Shown here in pieces: positions 13,557 to 26,560 of a stretch of DNA of 64,000 nucleotides. The first letter of the stretch is position 1; each line of letters starts with the position of its first letter. The position numbers were made by a program, and so were the translations under genes. Under the pieces are notes generated by a model, which had not been told where the DNA came from, did no database searches, and was given only the letters and a program-made list of their open reading frames with translations. The DNA comes from Octopus vulgaris (Eukaryota): NCBI GenBank assembly GCA_951406725.2, contig OX597836.1:20832001-20896000 (forward strand). The letters are read 5' to 3'.

Positions 13557-14251
13557 TCCAGTGATATTGAGATATTTCATTTCAAATTGAATGCTGTTTA
13601 CAACGTAGTTAAACTTGTGATATTATGTTGACAGCCTCTTCACAAGAAGAAATCAGCATTTGGATATCATCTATATACCTGGAGAAAAAGATGCAAGGAA
13701 TGCAGACTACTCAGCACCCTGAGCTGGTCCATGTATGTGATGGCCAACAGATCTGACAAGCTTAACCTCCATTGACAGTCCTAAAGTCTATTCATAGATG
13801 GAGCCACCATACTGAAAGTATACATTGCTTACAATGGAGTTAGTTGGTAGGTATCTGAGGGTATAAGACAAAAGTGGTAGAGGTTGATGGAGAGCAAGTA
13901 CTGAAGTGTAGAAGCAAACTGAGTCTAGGTTAAAAGGTTTTTTTTCATTCCAAGTGTTTTAGGGCTGGGGTCTTTGAGTCTGTTATTACTTTGTTGGAGC
14001 TGTCGACATGTCCAGGAGAGGTGTGGAGTTAGGGCTTGAAGAATTTCAAAAGGGATTGTGATAATCTTATAAAATGCTCCATCAGTTGTAGAGTCCCTGT
14101 CCAATATTAGGTTTGTGGGCCAACATGGTGTACCAGATGAACTATAATACATGTGGTAGTTCCCACACCAGAAGCATGAATATTCCACAAACAAACGTAT
14201 GTATTGTTAATGTAATTCTCAGGCAGAGTCAGCACATGGTGTGTCAGACAA

Positions 14252-14307
14252 TGTGGTGCACCTGAGCACTGTATACAATAATTTCATTATTATTATTATT
14301 ATTATTA
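14252..14307 (+). mobile_element. Extreme 3' tip of the same CR1 family
   Basis: gtggtgcacctgagcactgtatacaataatttc(att)n, identical to the ends of the 28-kb copies. Confidence 0.75.
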
Positions 14308-14546
14308 AATATCAAGGCTGTACTTTTTGAATTACTGCTACAATACAAGTTGCTTCTAAAAAGTTTGTCTGCCCAGTTTCCATCACAAAATACAGGGGGT
14401 CAATCCAAGGCTATAAAAACTGACATTGGCCCAAGATGCTACCCAGTGAGACCAAACCTGAGACCTTGTGGTTGTAAAGCAAAATTCTTAACCATTTGGC
14501 CATGCTATGCCAACAACATAATACACATGCATACACACACACACAC

Positions 14547-14598
<52 letters not shown>

Positions 14599-15695
14599 AC
14601 AGACAGATAGATAGATAGATAGATGGATATAGACATATGCATACATACATACATACATACATGTGTACATACATATAGACATATGCGCAGACATGCATAC
14701 ACTCAAATATCATATACATAATATACATATTATATAGAGAGAGCTGAAAGGCGAAAAAAATTCCACCAACCTAACTGTTGAAGTAAAGACATCATTGCAT
14801 GTAAAAAACATCTCCATCAACCAATACGTAATCAGTATACATGCCAGCATCTAACTCATGCCAGTTTATAAAACAGACGTCAAATTATCATCATGATGAC
14901 GATAGTGGTGGCTGTGGTGGAATGATACAGAATGATTTTTGTAAAGACACTGGCAGATTATCTTTAAGAACAGATGTAGGCAAGTTCCCAAAATAGCAAT
15001 ATTAGGATCTGTTCATACTGTTAAGAACATTCATTCTTACATAGAATTGGCTAATCTTGATTTTTTTTTTTTTTTTGGCTTTGTATTGTCTTTTGTTTCT
15101 TATGGATGTTTTCCAAGATGTTCCTAATTGTTTTGTTTTGTTTTTTATATGTATACAAAAGGGAAAGTATTGATGTATATTTCTGAAACCATTAATAATA
15201 AATAGTAGCAGTTATCATCACATATTTATGAATGAGCATAAAGAAAAAAAATCTAATTAAAATTCAGTGAGGAAAAGGCCACATTAGCTCAATGACTAAA
15301 AATGATATTCATTATTAAAACAATAATAAAAATAATAATTTGGGGAGTCAATCCAGGACATGTTCCTGTCTTATTAAGGACTCATCAATGAAGCATAGAC
15401 TTAATTGTACTTACTAAAGTGAATGTACAATTATGCATGTGAGTAGGAATAGGAAAATACACTTATTTCCTACGCCCATTTATGTGCATTGTTGTATATC
15501 TATACAGTAATTGCATTATCATTGCTTCAGTCTATGTAATGCCAAAGAGGTCTGATAAGACTGAAACATGCCAGAAGATATTTTATTGTCCCTGATGAAA
15601 TGATTACAGAAATATTAGGCATTGAGATGTATTTTTTTTCTCACTATATAAAACGCTTTAATCATTTTTTTTAATCCTCCATATATTAAATATGT

Positions 15696-16045
15696 CATCA
15701 TCATCGTTTAATGTCCGCTTTCCATGCTAGCATGGGTTGGACGGTTCAACTGGGGTCTGGGGAGCCCAAAGGCTGCACCAGGCCAGTCAGATCTGGCAGT
15801 GTTTCTACAGCTGGATGCCCTTCCTAATGCCAACCACTCCGAGAATGTAGTGGGTGATTTTATGTGCCACCGACACAGGTGCCAGACGAGGCTGGCGAAC
15901 GGCCACACTCGGATGGTGTTTTTAATGTGCCACCGACACAGGTGACAGACGAGGCTGGCAGACGGCCACGCTCGGATGGTGTTTTTTATGTGCCACCGAC
16001 ACAGGTGCCAGACGAGGCTGGCGAACGGCCACGATCGGATGGTGT
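15696..16045 (-). mobile_element. Repeat family C ((GAT)n-tailed, RTE-like 3' end) with three 63-bp 5' modules
   Basis: ctacagctggatgcccttcctaatgccaacc core; atgtgccaccgacac at 15862, 15925 and 15988. Other copies near 253, 5995, 9575, 11745, 41636, 53820, 56846 and 58090. Confidence 0.8.
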
Positions 16046-16168
16046 TAAATATGTAAATGATAAGTTAACTTTTGACATTTTTTGGCTTTGTTTTTTTTCT
16101 GTAAGCAGATGATGACTCTGACAATAATTTCAGCAATTCATTTTATTAATAATAAAAATGATGAATAT

Positions 16169-16208
<40 letters not shown>

Positions 16209-16211
<3 letters not shown>

Positions 16212-16487
16212 TATCAGGATCTAACCAGAGAGTTGAGGAGGTTGTGGAAGTCCAAAACAATTATTATTCCTGTACTAATTGGTGCACATAATTCAAAACA
16301 CTACCCAAAAGTCTGAAAGAGACTGGAATTGGAACTCACACTGTCGACCTACAGAAAAATACCATTCTATATCCTGCAAGAATCCTAAGAAAGGTTCTTG
16401 AGATTTGAGGAGACTTGTCATCAAACCTCAAAAAATAAAATACCTGTTAACTAAATTGGCATGCACCAGCAAAATAATAATAATAAT
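16209..16487 (+). mobile_element. R4/Dong-like non-LTR retrotransposon 3' fragment in (TAA)n
   Basis: KYQDLTRELRRLWKSKTIIIPVLIGA...LQKNTILYPARILRKVLEI* (stop 16408), a restriction-like endonuclease C-terminus. (TAA)n on both sides. Confidence 0.75.
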
Positions 16488-16602
16488 TGTAAAAGAGTTA
16501 TGTAAGAAATATTGCATGTTTTGTCATTATGTGTAAATGTGTCAGTGCAAAGAGAAAAAGAATCTGTAGCATACGCTTGAGAGGAATTCCTCTCTCTCTC
16601 TC

Positions 16603-17520
16603 TGTTATATATACATAAATACAAACGTAGCAGATAACAGCTAGCCTTCAGCAGGCCGTTTGGACCCTGTTGTGTCCACTACTCTGATTGGTTGGTATTG
16701 GCACAACTTGTCTATTGCACGTCAATATGCAACCCAGCCAATCACGGTCTTCTGATTAGGTCACATGAGACAGTCTCTTCTAAACTTCCGGTGAGCCGAC
16801 TGCATCCTATAAAACTCTAGCTTCACATTGAGTCGAGGTCATTCGGTTCCAGCCCTTTTAAGTTCTAGCCACTGACCACACAGGACACAGCCAGTTCCAA
16901 TGACAACACAACAGCAGCCACATGGAGACTCATCAACTTCGTCCAGCAGCATTCAAGACCTCCATCTCTGTCGCCACCATTCGTCCTCACATCAGCATCA
17001 TCTCTCTACGTACACAGCAACATGCAACGCTTGCACAGGTTCCAACACTCTGTTTGTGAATCACTTCACCATGGTTAACAGCAAATACAACCTGCGAGAA
17101 CTTCCTGACCCAAGTGACCCGCAGCAACATCGTAGCCACAACTTCTCGTACGACATGTACCTCAACAGGCTCTGCATTACTGCCACAAATTCTTGATACA
17201 GCATTTCAACTATCATGTACCTTGTCTACGAACTGGTATTTATCATCCTTGTGTCTGAACATTCTTCTAAAGTCATATCATAGACACTTTCAATGCTCTG
17301 TACTTATCGCACGCACACACTTTGTTCTCATGACGGCCTGTCTATTATTATGCATATATGATGCACATGTTAACATATAAATAAAATCTCTTAAACATTC
17401 TACCCGGTTGTGTCTCTCTTTCCCTTCTGGCACATATATTCATTTACTCTTTTCATATTTATTGTATCGACCATGTGATGTGCAAAGGAGCCATTCTCAT
17501 CACCTCACTTCGCACGGTCA
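16603..17520 (+). mobile_element. Probable solo LTR
   Basis: TG...CA ends, GC-richer than the flanks, CCAAT boxes (16687, 16738), TATAAAA (16808) and AATAAA (17380). No matching TSD or PBS found, so the right boundary is uncertain. Confidence 0.55.
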
Positions 17521-17589
17521 TTTAGAAATCCCAAAGAACAGCTGAAAAGTGAAATAATTAAGTGAAAAAGAAAAGAGAATGACTCCTAC

Positions 17590-17681
17590 CTCAATAATTT
17601 GATCATTGACTTGGGTTCTTCCATCAAGGTGGGCAGCACTGCCTTCAGCTATACTTTGAACATATATTCCTGACAGTTCAT
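17590..17681 (-). CDS. MPDZ: MPDZ/PATJ-like exon D (92 nt): middle of the PDZ
   Basis: tattctcag| acceptor and GAG|gtagga donor. Phase-1 join gives (D)ELSGIYVQSIAEGSAAHLDGRTQVNDQIIE. Not in the ORF track. Confidence 0.93.
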
Positions 17682-18163
17682 CTGAGAATATAAGAAAATA
17701 TGACAGATTTATTTCTCTTTAACAAACAGAGATTGATGATTTGAAATAAATATATTTGTGTACAGTGGAGGAAGGTGATAAAAGGGAGAGTGAGAAAAAT
17801 AAACAAAGAGATTGTAGAGAGAGAGAGATTGGAGAGAGGGAGAGAGAAGTAAAGCAAGGAAGAGGAAGGGTGAAGTCAGAGGAAAATAGACACACAGGAA
17901 GAGACATAAGGTAGATAGAGGGTGGAATAGATTGAGATAGAAGGAAAACCAAAGAAAAATACAGAAATTGAGAGAGGAGAGAGAGAGAGAGAGAGAGGTG
18001 AGAAAGGCAGGAACAGTCAGAGAGCAATTCTTCAATGACAGATAAACAAATTGATGAAAAAACAAAAATGTTATCTGATTCAAACCTTTGTGAATCTGGC
18101 CATACTAGAGCATCACTACCAACGCTTGTCATTCACATCTTACATAAGTGTTCTTCTGCTTTT

Positions 18164-18194
18164 AGTCTGTGCTGGTAGGTTTCTCTCTGTCTCC

Positions 18195-18244
<50 letters not shown>

Positions 18245-18322
18245 ATGCGCACGCATGCATGTAATATATATACACACACATACACTCATACAGTCTGTGC
18301 TGGTAGGTTTCTCTCTGTCTCC

Positions 18323-18361
<39 letters not shown>

Positions 18362-18439
18362 TGCGCACGCATGCATGTAATATATATTCACACACATACA
18401 CTCATACAGTCTGTGCTGGTAGGTTTCTCTCTCTCTCTC

Positions 18440-18522
<83 letters not shown>

Positions 18523-18678
18523 ATGCACACGCATGCATGTAATATATATACACACACATACACTCATACAGTCTGTGCTGGTAGGTTTCTCTCTCTCTCT
18601 CTGTATATATATATGTATGTGTGTGTGTGTGCATGCGCACGCATGCATGTAATATATATACACACACATACACTCATG
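18164..18678. repeat. Four-unit tandem repeat containing variable (CT)/(TA)/(TG) tracts
   Basis: Anchor agtctgtgctggtaggtttctctct at 18164, 18292, 18408 and 18570. Confidence 0.9.
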
Positions 18679-19459
18679 TATCTCAGTGTGTATGTGTATA
18701 TATATATAATGTTATATATTTGTAGTAAGGTGAAAAGCTATGTTCATTTTTATGGCGCTCGAGCTAATTTATTTTATTTTCAACTCTTTCCTCTGAACCA
18801 AGCCTCAACACAAGTTTCAATCATTCTCCCCCACCACACCCTCCACTCTATTTCATGCCACTGTTCATTGTTTATTGTATTGTGGTTCTTCTTTCCAATA
18901 TACTTTATATAAACATTCACTGACAGTTTCATTTGATATTTATGTTATGTTTCTTTTAACCAAAAACACCACCTGAGACCTCATCTTCCAAAGGGTGAAA
19001 AGTATTATATAAAAAACTTCTTTTTTTTTTCATAAAAGCTAAAGAAAAACAATGCTCTCATCACCATCACCAAATTTTTTTACATGAATTTTTGTTTTTT
19101 TCTAACTGCAATACCTGTTTTTTTTCTTGTTTTCTTAATGTGGTATTTCCTTTTTCTTCAATTCTCAACATCCACTAACTTTACCAAACTATCTTATCTA
19201 TCATGATTCATGTTTTTTTTTAAAGAATTACCTTTGAATCTATGTCACTGACAAGGTATCTGTTAACTAAAAATCAGCAAAATTAATATATAAATAATCA
19301 AATTACTCATGAAGTGCCACTGTAATTATTATTGATGTGGTTGCCAAAATATCTGAAGAGAAATGGTCATTCATGAAGATTTGTTTCAAAACCCAAGGGT
19401 AAGAAAAAGGCTTCTCTCTCAAACATTCATGGCCAGACAAGAGGCAAAATAGTAACAGC

Positions 19460-20590
19460 TTGGGGGTTTGTGGAAACATGAAGCAATGAATAAAGGGTTT
19501 AGCCTGGACAATAGGCACACAGGAATAGCAGTTGAACCCCACTGCTCAGCACCAAGGGCCAGTGCCTTCTACCATAATAATAGTGGGTCAACCAAAAGCC
19601 TCGTATGGAAGTCTGACAAACTACCATTTCTAATAATGACATATACCCGAGTATTACTGTCTTTTTCTTTCACCTTGTGAGGATGGAAGGAGAGCAGCGA
19701 CTATGATCCATTTTAGTGCAACCATTCTATCAATTCTAGTGGTAGACAATCTCAAACAGAAGGCCCTTTCCACATGTTTGCAAAAGAGTGGGGACTGTGC
19801 AAAAGGTACCCCAAGACTAGGGTAGTGGTATAAGACAAAGCAACAAATTAAGCCAACCACTCAACAAGGGCACAGTAGAGTTGGAACTCAGAAGACAAAG
19901 AGCCAGAACTAATACTGCAAAGCATCCCTCAAAATCCCAAACAATTCTTTCAGGCCATTGTCATAGACTGGTATTTTGTCAACCTCCAGATGGATGAAAA
20001 TCAAAGCAGACCTTGGTGGACACTGAACTCTAAAAGAAAGAAGCTAGAATAAATACCACAAGTCATTTTGTACTGTTACAAGTACTTGGACCAAGTCTTT
20101 AGTCCAAGGTGAACTTCATCACAAAAGTCTTGATAACCTAAGAAAAGCTCACAGATGCTGTGCTTTACCTTCCAGCTGTGTTAACACTGAAAAACTTCAC
20201 AGCTAAAAGCACTGATTTCTATCTTTGGTACAAAGACACACATATGAGAGGAGGGAAAATAAGAGATGATGAAATCAACCCAGTATCTGCCTGCTATTTC
20301 TTTAGCATCAACTTGGCATGTTCAGCTCCCAGCCTGGGCTTCACTGTTCTTCAGGTAGAGAAAAGCAAACTGTCAAGGTATTGGTCAGTCTCTGACAGGT
20401 TTATGGTTGAGCCTGTGGCAGTGGAGACTCACAGGGCTTGCACTTATCCCTGCTCACCACCACTATCAGGGCAGAGATGGCTATCTGCAAGTATGTTCCT
20501 CATGAGTCAGAAGAGCTGTTCCAGTGCATCTCCTTCACCATCCTCCAGGTCAATGCCTTTTCCATTTTGTCTGTTGGGACCATGAGGCAG
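19460..20590 (+). mobile_element. Split relic of a CRE-like (RLE-bearing) non-LTR element
   Basis: 20300-20590: VEKSKLSRY..FMVEPVAVETH and ELFQCISFTILQVNAFSIL (compare PVAVET.G and LFQRLS.AIQRGNA). Weaker piece at 19460-19620: KHEAMN..VEP..KSLVW. Confidence 0.55.
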
Positions 20591-23500
20591 TCTGAATTAC
20601 AGAAAATTGCACGTTCCACTCCTTAATGTAAAATTACTCCATATAAATTGCTCTGATAAATTCTAATGATCAACTTATTCTAAAACAGTTTGTCAACTCC
20701 AGAAAGAACATAAACGAAGTCAATCTTGGCATGATTTAAAACCAATGCCAAGAAATCCAACTAAATACTGCAAGATATTATTTTTTCCTTTTTCCTCAAC
20801 AGTCGACTGATTCTACCAACCAATCTATCATTCTGCCAATTCTGAATCACAGACTGGATTATAAAAAGTGATAACTAGGCTAATTATATATTAATGGGTG
20901 ATTTTGGAATCATTTTTGTGTTTTGATTCATTATTCTATTACATATGCATGGCATATTCTATAAGTTGTGAGAAATTCTGGCATCGGTAGGTAGTGAAGA
21001 GATGCTATTTTTTATCTTGTACTTGCTATGGTCATTAAGACTATAGTCAAACTGGAGCACCACCTTCAAATCAATACAAACACTTGCAGGTATTTATTCT
21101 ATTTTTACCAGACCACTAAGTCATGGGGATATAAACAAACCTACACCATTTGTGAAGTGGAAGTGGGGAGGCAAACACAAAAAGTCATACACACACATAT
21201 GCACACACACATACAAAGGGTATCTTTCAGTTTTCATTTACCAAATTCATTCACAAGACTTTGGTTGGTCCAAGGCTATAGTGGTAAACTGGTAGAATTG
21301 TTGCAGTATAGGACAAAATGCCTTGAGATATTTATCTGGTTTGCTGCACTCTGTGTTCAAATCTCACTGAGGTCAATTTGCTGCTCCTCATTTCAGGGGT
21401 AATAAAATACAGTATCTGGGGAACAGTTCAGCTTCTCCAACAAAAATGCAAGGGACGAAAGCCTATGACATGTAATGTCTTCATTTTCAGTCCCAATTTA
21501 ATATTTCTATTTCTTTTTTTAAATAACAACTTAGTTTCCAATTGTATGGATTAATTCGTTTTGATGATTTGAAGTTGGTGGAGACAATCTAAGAACTTTA
21601 CTACTGGTACTAATTGGCCTGAGCCAAAGAAGGACACCTGCAAGTGGTCAGCTGACCTGTTAAAAGTAGCAATAAAATCATTTGTTGGAAGACCACACTG
21701 GAGAATGTTGGTGGTCTTAGAAAATAGGACAGGATGGTCATAATTGGAATGATTTAGGTTCAGAGTTGCTTCCACCATAACTGAGTTGGGTGATGGTGGT
21801 GGGAGATGTTGATAAAATAACAGTTACAACAACAACCACTTGAAACACGATATCTATCCACCACTCCATTCTACCAGCCTGTTTGAGAGTTGCTTTTGTG
21901 TAAAAAACAGAAATTGATGCAAAAAATAAATAAATAATAAATAAATAAATAAAAAAAAGTTAAAATAATTTATATAAAAGAACCAATTTCTCGGTGGAAT
22001 CTTTCTTGTCTGAAGGTTATAAGAGTTTAGAGCAGTACAACTACTAACAACTCTAACCATCTACCATTTGGCTGTTGTGTTTACGTCTAAACACTACTTA
22101 CACTTCTCCATAGCTTTGAGATGAATAACAAAGAAACAAACAAGAAATAATGACCGAGTATCAAACAGCTTCGGTAGGGTATTGAAATTACAGGAGACTG
22201 TTTACTATCAAATAAATTATCTGATAGAAGAAGAAGACAACGACATTAGATTACACTGCACACTCAAAATGTTTCCCACTAGCTCTCCAGCCACTTCTGG
22301 TTTTGCCAGACTTAAAAGAAATATATTTTGAAGGCAAAGCAGGTTATTAAATTTTACAGTCTCTCTGTCTGCCTATCAGTCTTTCTCTCTCTCTCTCTCT
22401 CTCTCGCTCTCTCTCTGTTTATCTCACTCACTTATACAGACACACACAACAGCAACAAGAACAAATGAGGAAGCTATTAGATATTTTGGTAGGTGCTTAA
22501 AAGTTATACATCTAAGTCCTTCAAACGATTTTATGCAAAGAAATTTCAAGGCATTTCACATATACGACAGTGAAACAGAAGATTAAGCGATTAAAGAACA
22601 ACAACAATATCAACAACAACAACAAAAAGACCTCCAAAAACAACCGAAATGCAATTAAATGAAAACTAATATTGACATAAAAGCTAAATCATTTGATGCT
22701 GTGAAAACCTAGGAATAGATTGGTAATGTAGTAATATAGAACAAATCTCAATAAACTGTTCAGATGTCTAACTTTACTATCGCAGAGCAATTGCAGATGT
22801 GATAGACAAACGGTTAACCTATATTGCTTCTAAGTTAAGCAGTCGTGAATTGACATTAAGCCACTGGCTCTGCACTCTATTATGTTTATTACATAACACT
22901 AGTGAAACCGCCGAGAGAAAAGCAGCTGGCTCCAGTCCAACATGTGTTGAGCTGTTATGGTTAATAAGTTTACTTCACAAGCAAATGGTTTTGGTTTTGA
23001 TTCCACCGTTCAGCTGTATGTCACCTTGAGCAAAGTAGTAGTGTCTCCTAAAATGTACTTGGGTTCAGAAAACTTTTGAGGGAAATTTGATAAATGGAAA
23101 CTGTGTGGAAGCCTATTGTGTGTCTCTATCATTGCTGTTACCACCACCATCATCATAATGACATCATTATGATTCTATGTTGAGTTTCTATGTTGACCTG
23201 AGCTGAACAAGTCATCATGATCCAAGTCCGTTCTTATTCAGATTAATTCCAGCCCCAATCTTAGATGAATTGAAGAATCACACCTTACTAGTACATTTCC
23301 CTTTTGGATTGCCTTCTACAGCTGGATGCCTTTTTATCACAAACCATTTTACAAAGACAACTGGATGCATTTTACCTTGGCACCAGTATTTGGGAGGGTG
23401 CCTCACCATCACTACTGGAGGTGCCAGATCCAGGAAGATGTGGAACAAAGGGCCTCATAGAGAGATGGCAAGGTTTGCTATGAATGAGAAGACACATCAA

Positions 23501-23924
23501 ACTAAATAAAATCATGGCTGTCCGTGCACACAAGCATATTCTCTAACACATAAAAACACCCAGTCACTATATAAAGTGTTCGGCATCAGAAAGGGCATCC
23601 AGCTGTAGGAACTATGCCAAAACAGGCAGCTCTCCAGCTGACCAACTCCTGTCAAACCAGAATGGATGATGATGATGATGATATAGATATATATATATAT
23701 ATATATGAGAGAGAGAAGGAGATCTTTATGTGTCGATACACACACACACACACGTGTGCATGTGTGTGTATTTAGTGTGTGTGTGTATGTAATAATTTCA
23801 CAACTGTATGTAAATGCATATGTTGAACATGAGCTAGTCACTCACAGAGTCAAACAGATAGTACAGAAAAATGTTATACACCATATGAATGGGGTAGCAT
23901 CATCATCATCATTATCAACTACAA

Positions 23925-24150
23925 CAAGGGCAAAGGTGATGCATTCGAAAAAAGGCAATTAAAGAGGCATCAGATTGATGGACCAAGTTATGGGAGAAAG
24001 AGAAAGAGTTGTAGCTAAGTTGATTAAGAAGAGAATTAACCTAGAGGGGATTCAGTTGAGCATTATGCCAGGAAGCAGTACCACTAATACCATCTTTGTA
24101 GTAAGATAACAGCGGGAGAAATACTTAGCTCGGAATAAGCTCCTATAAGT
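23925..24150 (+). mobile_element. Degraded RTE RT fragment
   Basis: KGKGDAFEKGN*RGIRLMDQVM...MPGSSTTNTIFVVR, homologous to 59200-59450. Confidence 0.75.
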
Positions 24151-24340
24151 AACTACTTCAACCACTTGCATTGATGTTAGGATTTATCCTGCCAGTATAC
24201 AGCTAATACATGTGAAGTTAACTGTTATCCTGCTAAAAGCCATTATCATTGCTTTCTGTAAGACAGAGTTAAGCCATGATCATGGTTTTATATTAACTTA
24301 ATTTTCAATCATACATAACTTTCTATTGTTTAGAACTACT

Positions 24341-24726
24341 TACTCTTTTACTTGTTTCAGTCATTTGACTGCGGCCATGCTGGAGCACCGCCTTTAATCG
24401 AGCAACTCGACCCCGGGACTTATTCTTTTGTAAGCCCAGTACTTATTCTATCGGTCTCTTTTGCCGAACCGCTAAGTAACGGAGACATAAACACACCAGC
24501 ATCAGTTGTCAAGCAATGCTAGGAGGACAAACACACGCATATATATATATATATACATATATACGACGGGCTTCTTTCAGTTTCCGTCTACCAAATCCAC
24601 TCACAAGGCTTTGGTCGGCCCGAGGCTATAGTAGAAGACACTTGCCCAAGGTGCCACACAGTGGAACTGAACCCGGAACCATGTGGTTGGTAAACAAGCT
24701 ACTTACCACACAGCCACTCCTGCGCC
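24341..24726 (-). mobile_element. tRNA-derived SINE family A, full-length and CpG-intact, with an internal microsatellite
   Basis: Head GGCGCAGGAGTGGCTGTGTGGTAAG (A box) and GGTTCAGTTCC (B box); tail ...GACTGAAACAAGTAAAAGAG. Confidence 0.85.
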
Positions 24727-25269
24727 TACTTGCTTCATTTTTTTCTTCTCCACAAACAGTAGATTTCATAATAAATACTTTGCTATGGCAAGGCCACTTC
24801 CCTGCTGTTTTGCTTTTGTTACACTGTAAAACTGCTTTCAAATTTTGGCACAAGGCCAACAAGTTTGGTTGGGGGGGTAGTAAATCGAATACATCAACCC
24901 CAGTATAAATCAACTGGGACTTATTTTTTCAACTCCAAAAGGATGAAAGCAAAGTCAAACTTGATAGAATTTGAACTCAGAACATAAAGATTAATGAAAT
25001 ACCACTAAGCATTTTGCCTGGCATGCTAATGATTCTATCAGCTTGTGCTGCCATAGCTACAGTGTAAAACTGACACATTTTAGTGGAGTATAATTTCGTT
25101 ACCGTATACTGCCCTCAGAACGTGACCAGGCAACTATTGAAAGTAATTTTAAAGCGAGTGTGTGTGTGTGTGTGTGTGTGTCTGTGTGTGTGTGTGTGTG
25201 TCTGTGTGTGTGTGCACATGCAGAGAAAGAGAGAGAGAGAGACTATGCAGTTTTTTTGTTTTTTTTTTG

Positions 25270-26560
25270 AGAATGTCCAATTCTAGTTCTGGGGAGCTTG
25301 ATGACTACAAATTGCATTCCTCAAATTACAAGGATACAAAATCAGAAGATGTTGAAATTTTCAGACTCATTGACTGATGAAGATCTCCAGCCTAATGTTA
25401 TATCTGTGTTTGTGGCGAAATGATCTTCAGTCAGATAGCCCTACTGTGCACAATTTCCAGGAATTGACATTGATTTGATTTCCAACTCAGAACCAGTAGA
25501 TTTCTTTCGATTTTATTTGTTGTAAACATCATTCAAGCAGTTGTAGAAAAGACAAACAGCTATGGTAAAATCTAAGTCCAGGCACAAACAACTCAGAAAA
25601 AAAATGAGCTCAGTTTGGGACCTCAAAAAATGTGTCCAGCAGAAATGAGACAAGGGCATTTTGGAATAGCTTGTCAATATGGCTGTGCACCAGTAGACAT
25701 TTCTAATGAAGCACATGACAGCCTCATAGCCTAACTAAAATTAAATGGAGACTAACTTAAATATACACAACTGTACATTTTTCTTCTATGTTCATGTATC
25801 TTTTTTTCAGATTTTTATCTACTGTGTGCTGTGAATACCCAGTAAAAAGTCCAAGTTTATTCCATTACATATAATCATATACACTGAAGTGTAATTTCAA
25901 GTTTGTAACAACTTTATTTCCTATCGACTTTTATTAATTTCTATTCAGTTTCTATTCAATTTTTAAACATGACAGATTTATGCTACTTTTAGTAATGCAC
26001 AATATTCTGTTACCTGAAAATGGTGCACTTGATGGATTCTCAGAAGCTGAAAACCTATTTCTTTACTACCCACAAGGGGCTAAACACAGAGGGGACAAAC
26101 AAGGACAGACACACGGATTAAGTCGATTACATCGACCCCAGTGCGTAACTGGTACTTAATTTATCGACCCCGAAAGGATGAAAGGCAAAGTCGACCTCGG
26201 TGGAATTTGAACTCAGAACGTAACGGTAGACGAAATACGGCTAAGCATTTCGCCTGACTTGCTACCGATTCTGCCAGCTATCTAATCACAATGGTTAATG
26301 AGGCAAGTCAAAGGTTGAATAATTATATACCAGAGAGGAGATTTCAGGGCATGAAAGTCTAGTTGGGTTCAAGGGAAGATATTCAGGTATTCAGTATTTG
26401 CTGAATAAGCATCCCCATAAATGTGGAGTGAAACTATGGACGTTGAATGAATCAAGTTATGCATATAATACTATCATGTATAGAGACAGAGAACAAAAAA
26501 CTGTTTGTAGTCAATGAGGATTCCCTTCTGAGTTGAAGAAAAATAAAGATCTAGAAGTAA
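25270..26560 (+). pseudogene. Degraded piggyBac (PGBD-like) transposase, interrupted by a SINE at 26056-26280
   Basis: Fragments PGIDIDLISNSEPVDFF..IIQAVVEKTNSYG and ISGHESLVGFKGRYSGIQYLLNKHPHKCGVKLWTLNES resemble piggyBac motifs (IDESM..F.GR...QY.P.KP.K.G.K.W). Frameshifted, with the DES motif read as HES. Confidence 0.75.
26056..26280 (-). mobile_element. SINE family B copy (CpG-intact)
   Basis: B-box-like GAGTTCAAATTC and core GCCTTTCATCCTTTCGGGGTCGATAAA. Further copies near 795, 1630, 24835, 34780, 52510, 52997, 55020, 55255, 57619, 58272, 61187, 61449 and 62010. Confidence 0.85.

Noticed and set aside
13750-14200. Degraded minus-strand LINE-like coding sequence (FYKII motif)
   Set aside because: Too decayed to assign a clade or boundaries.
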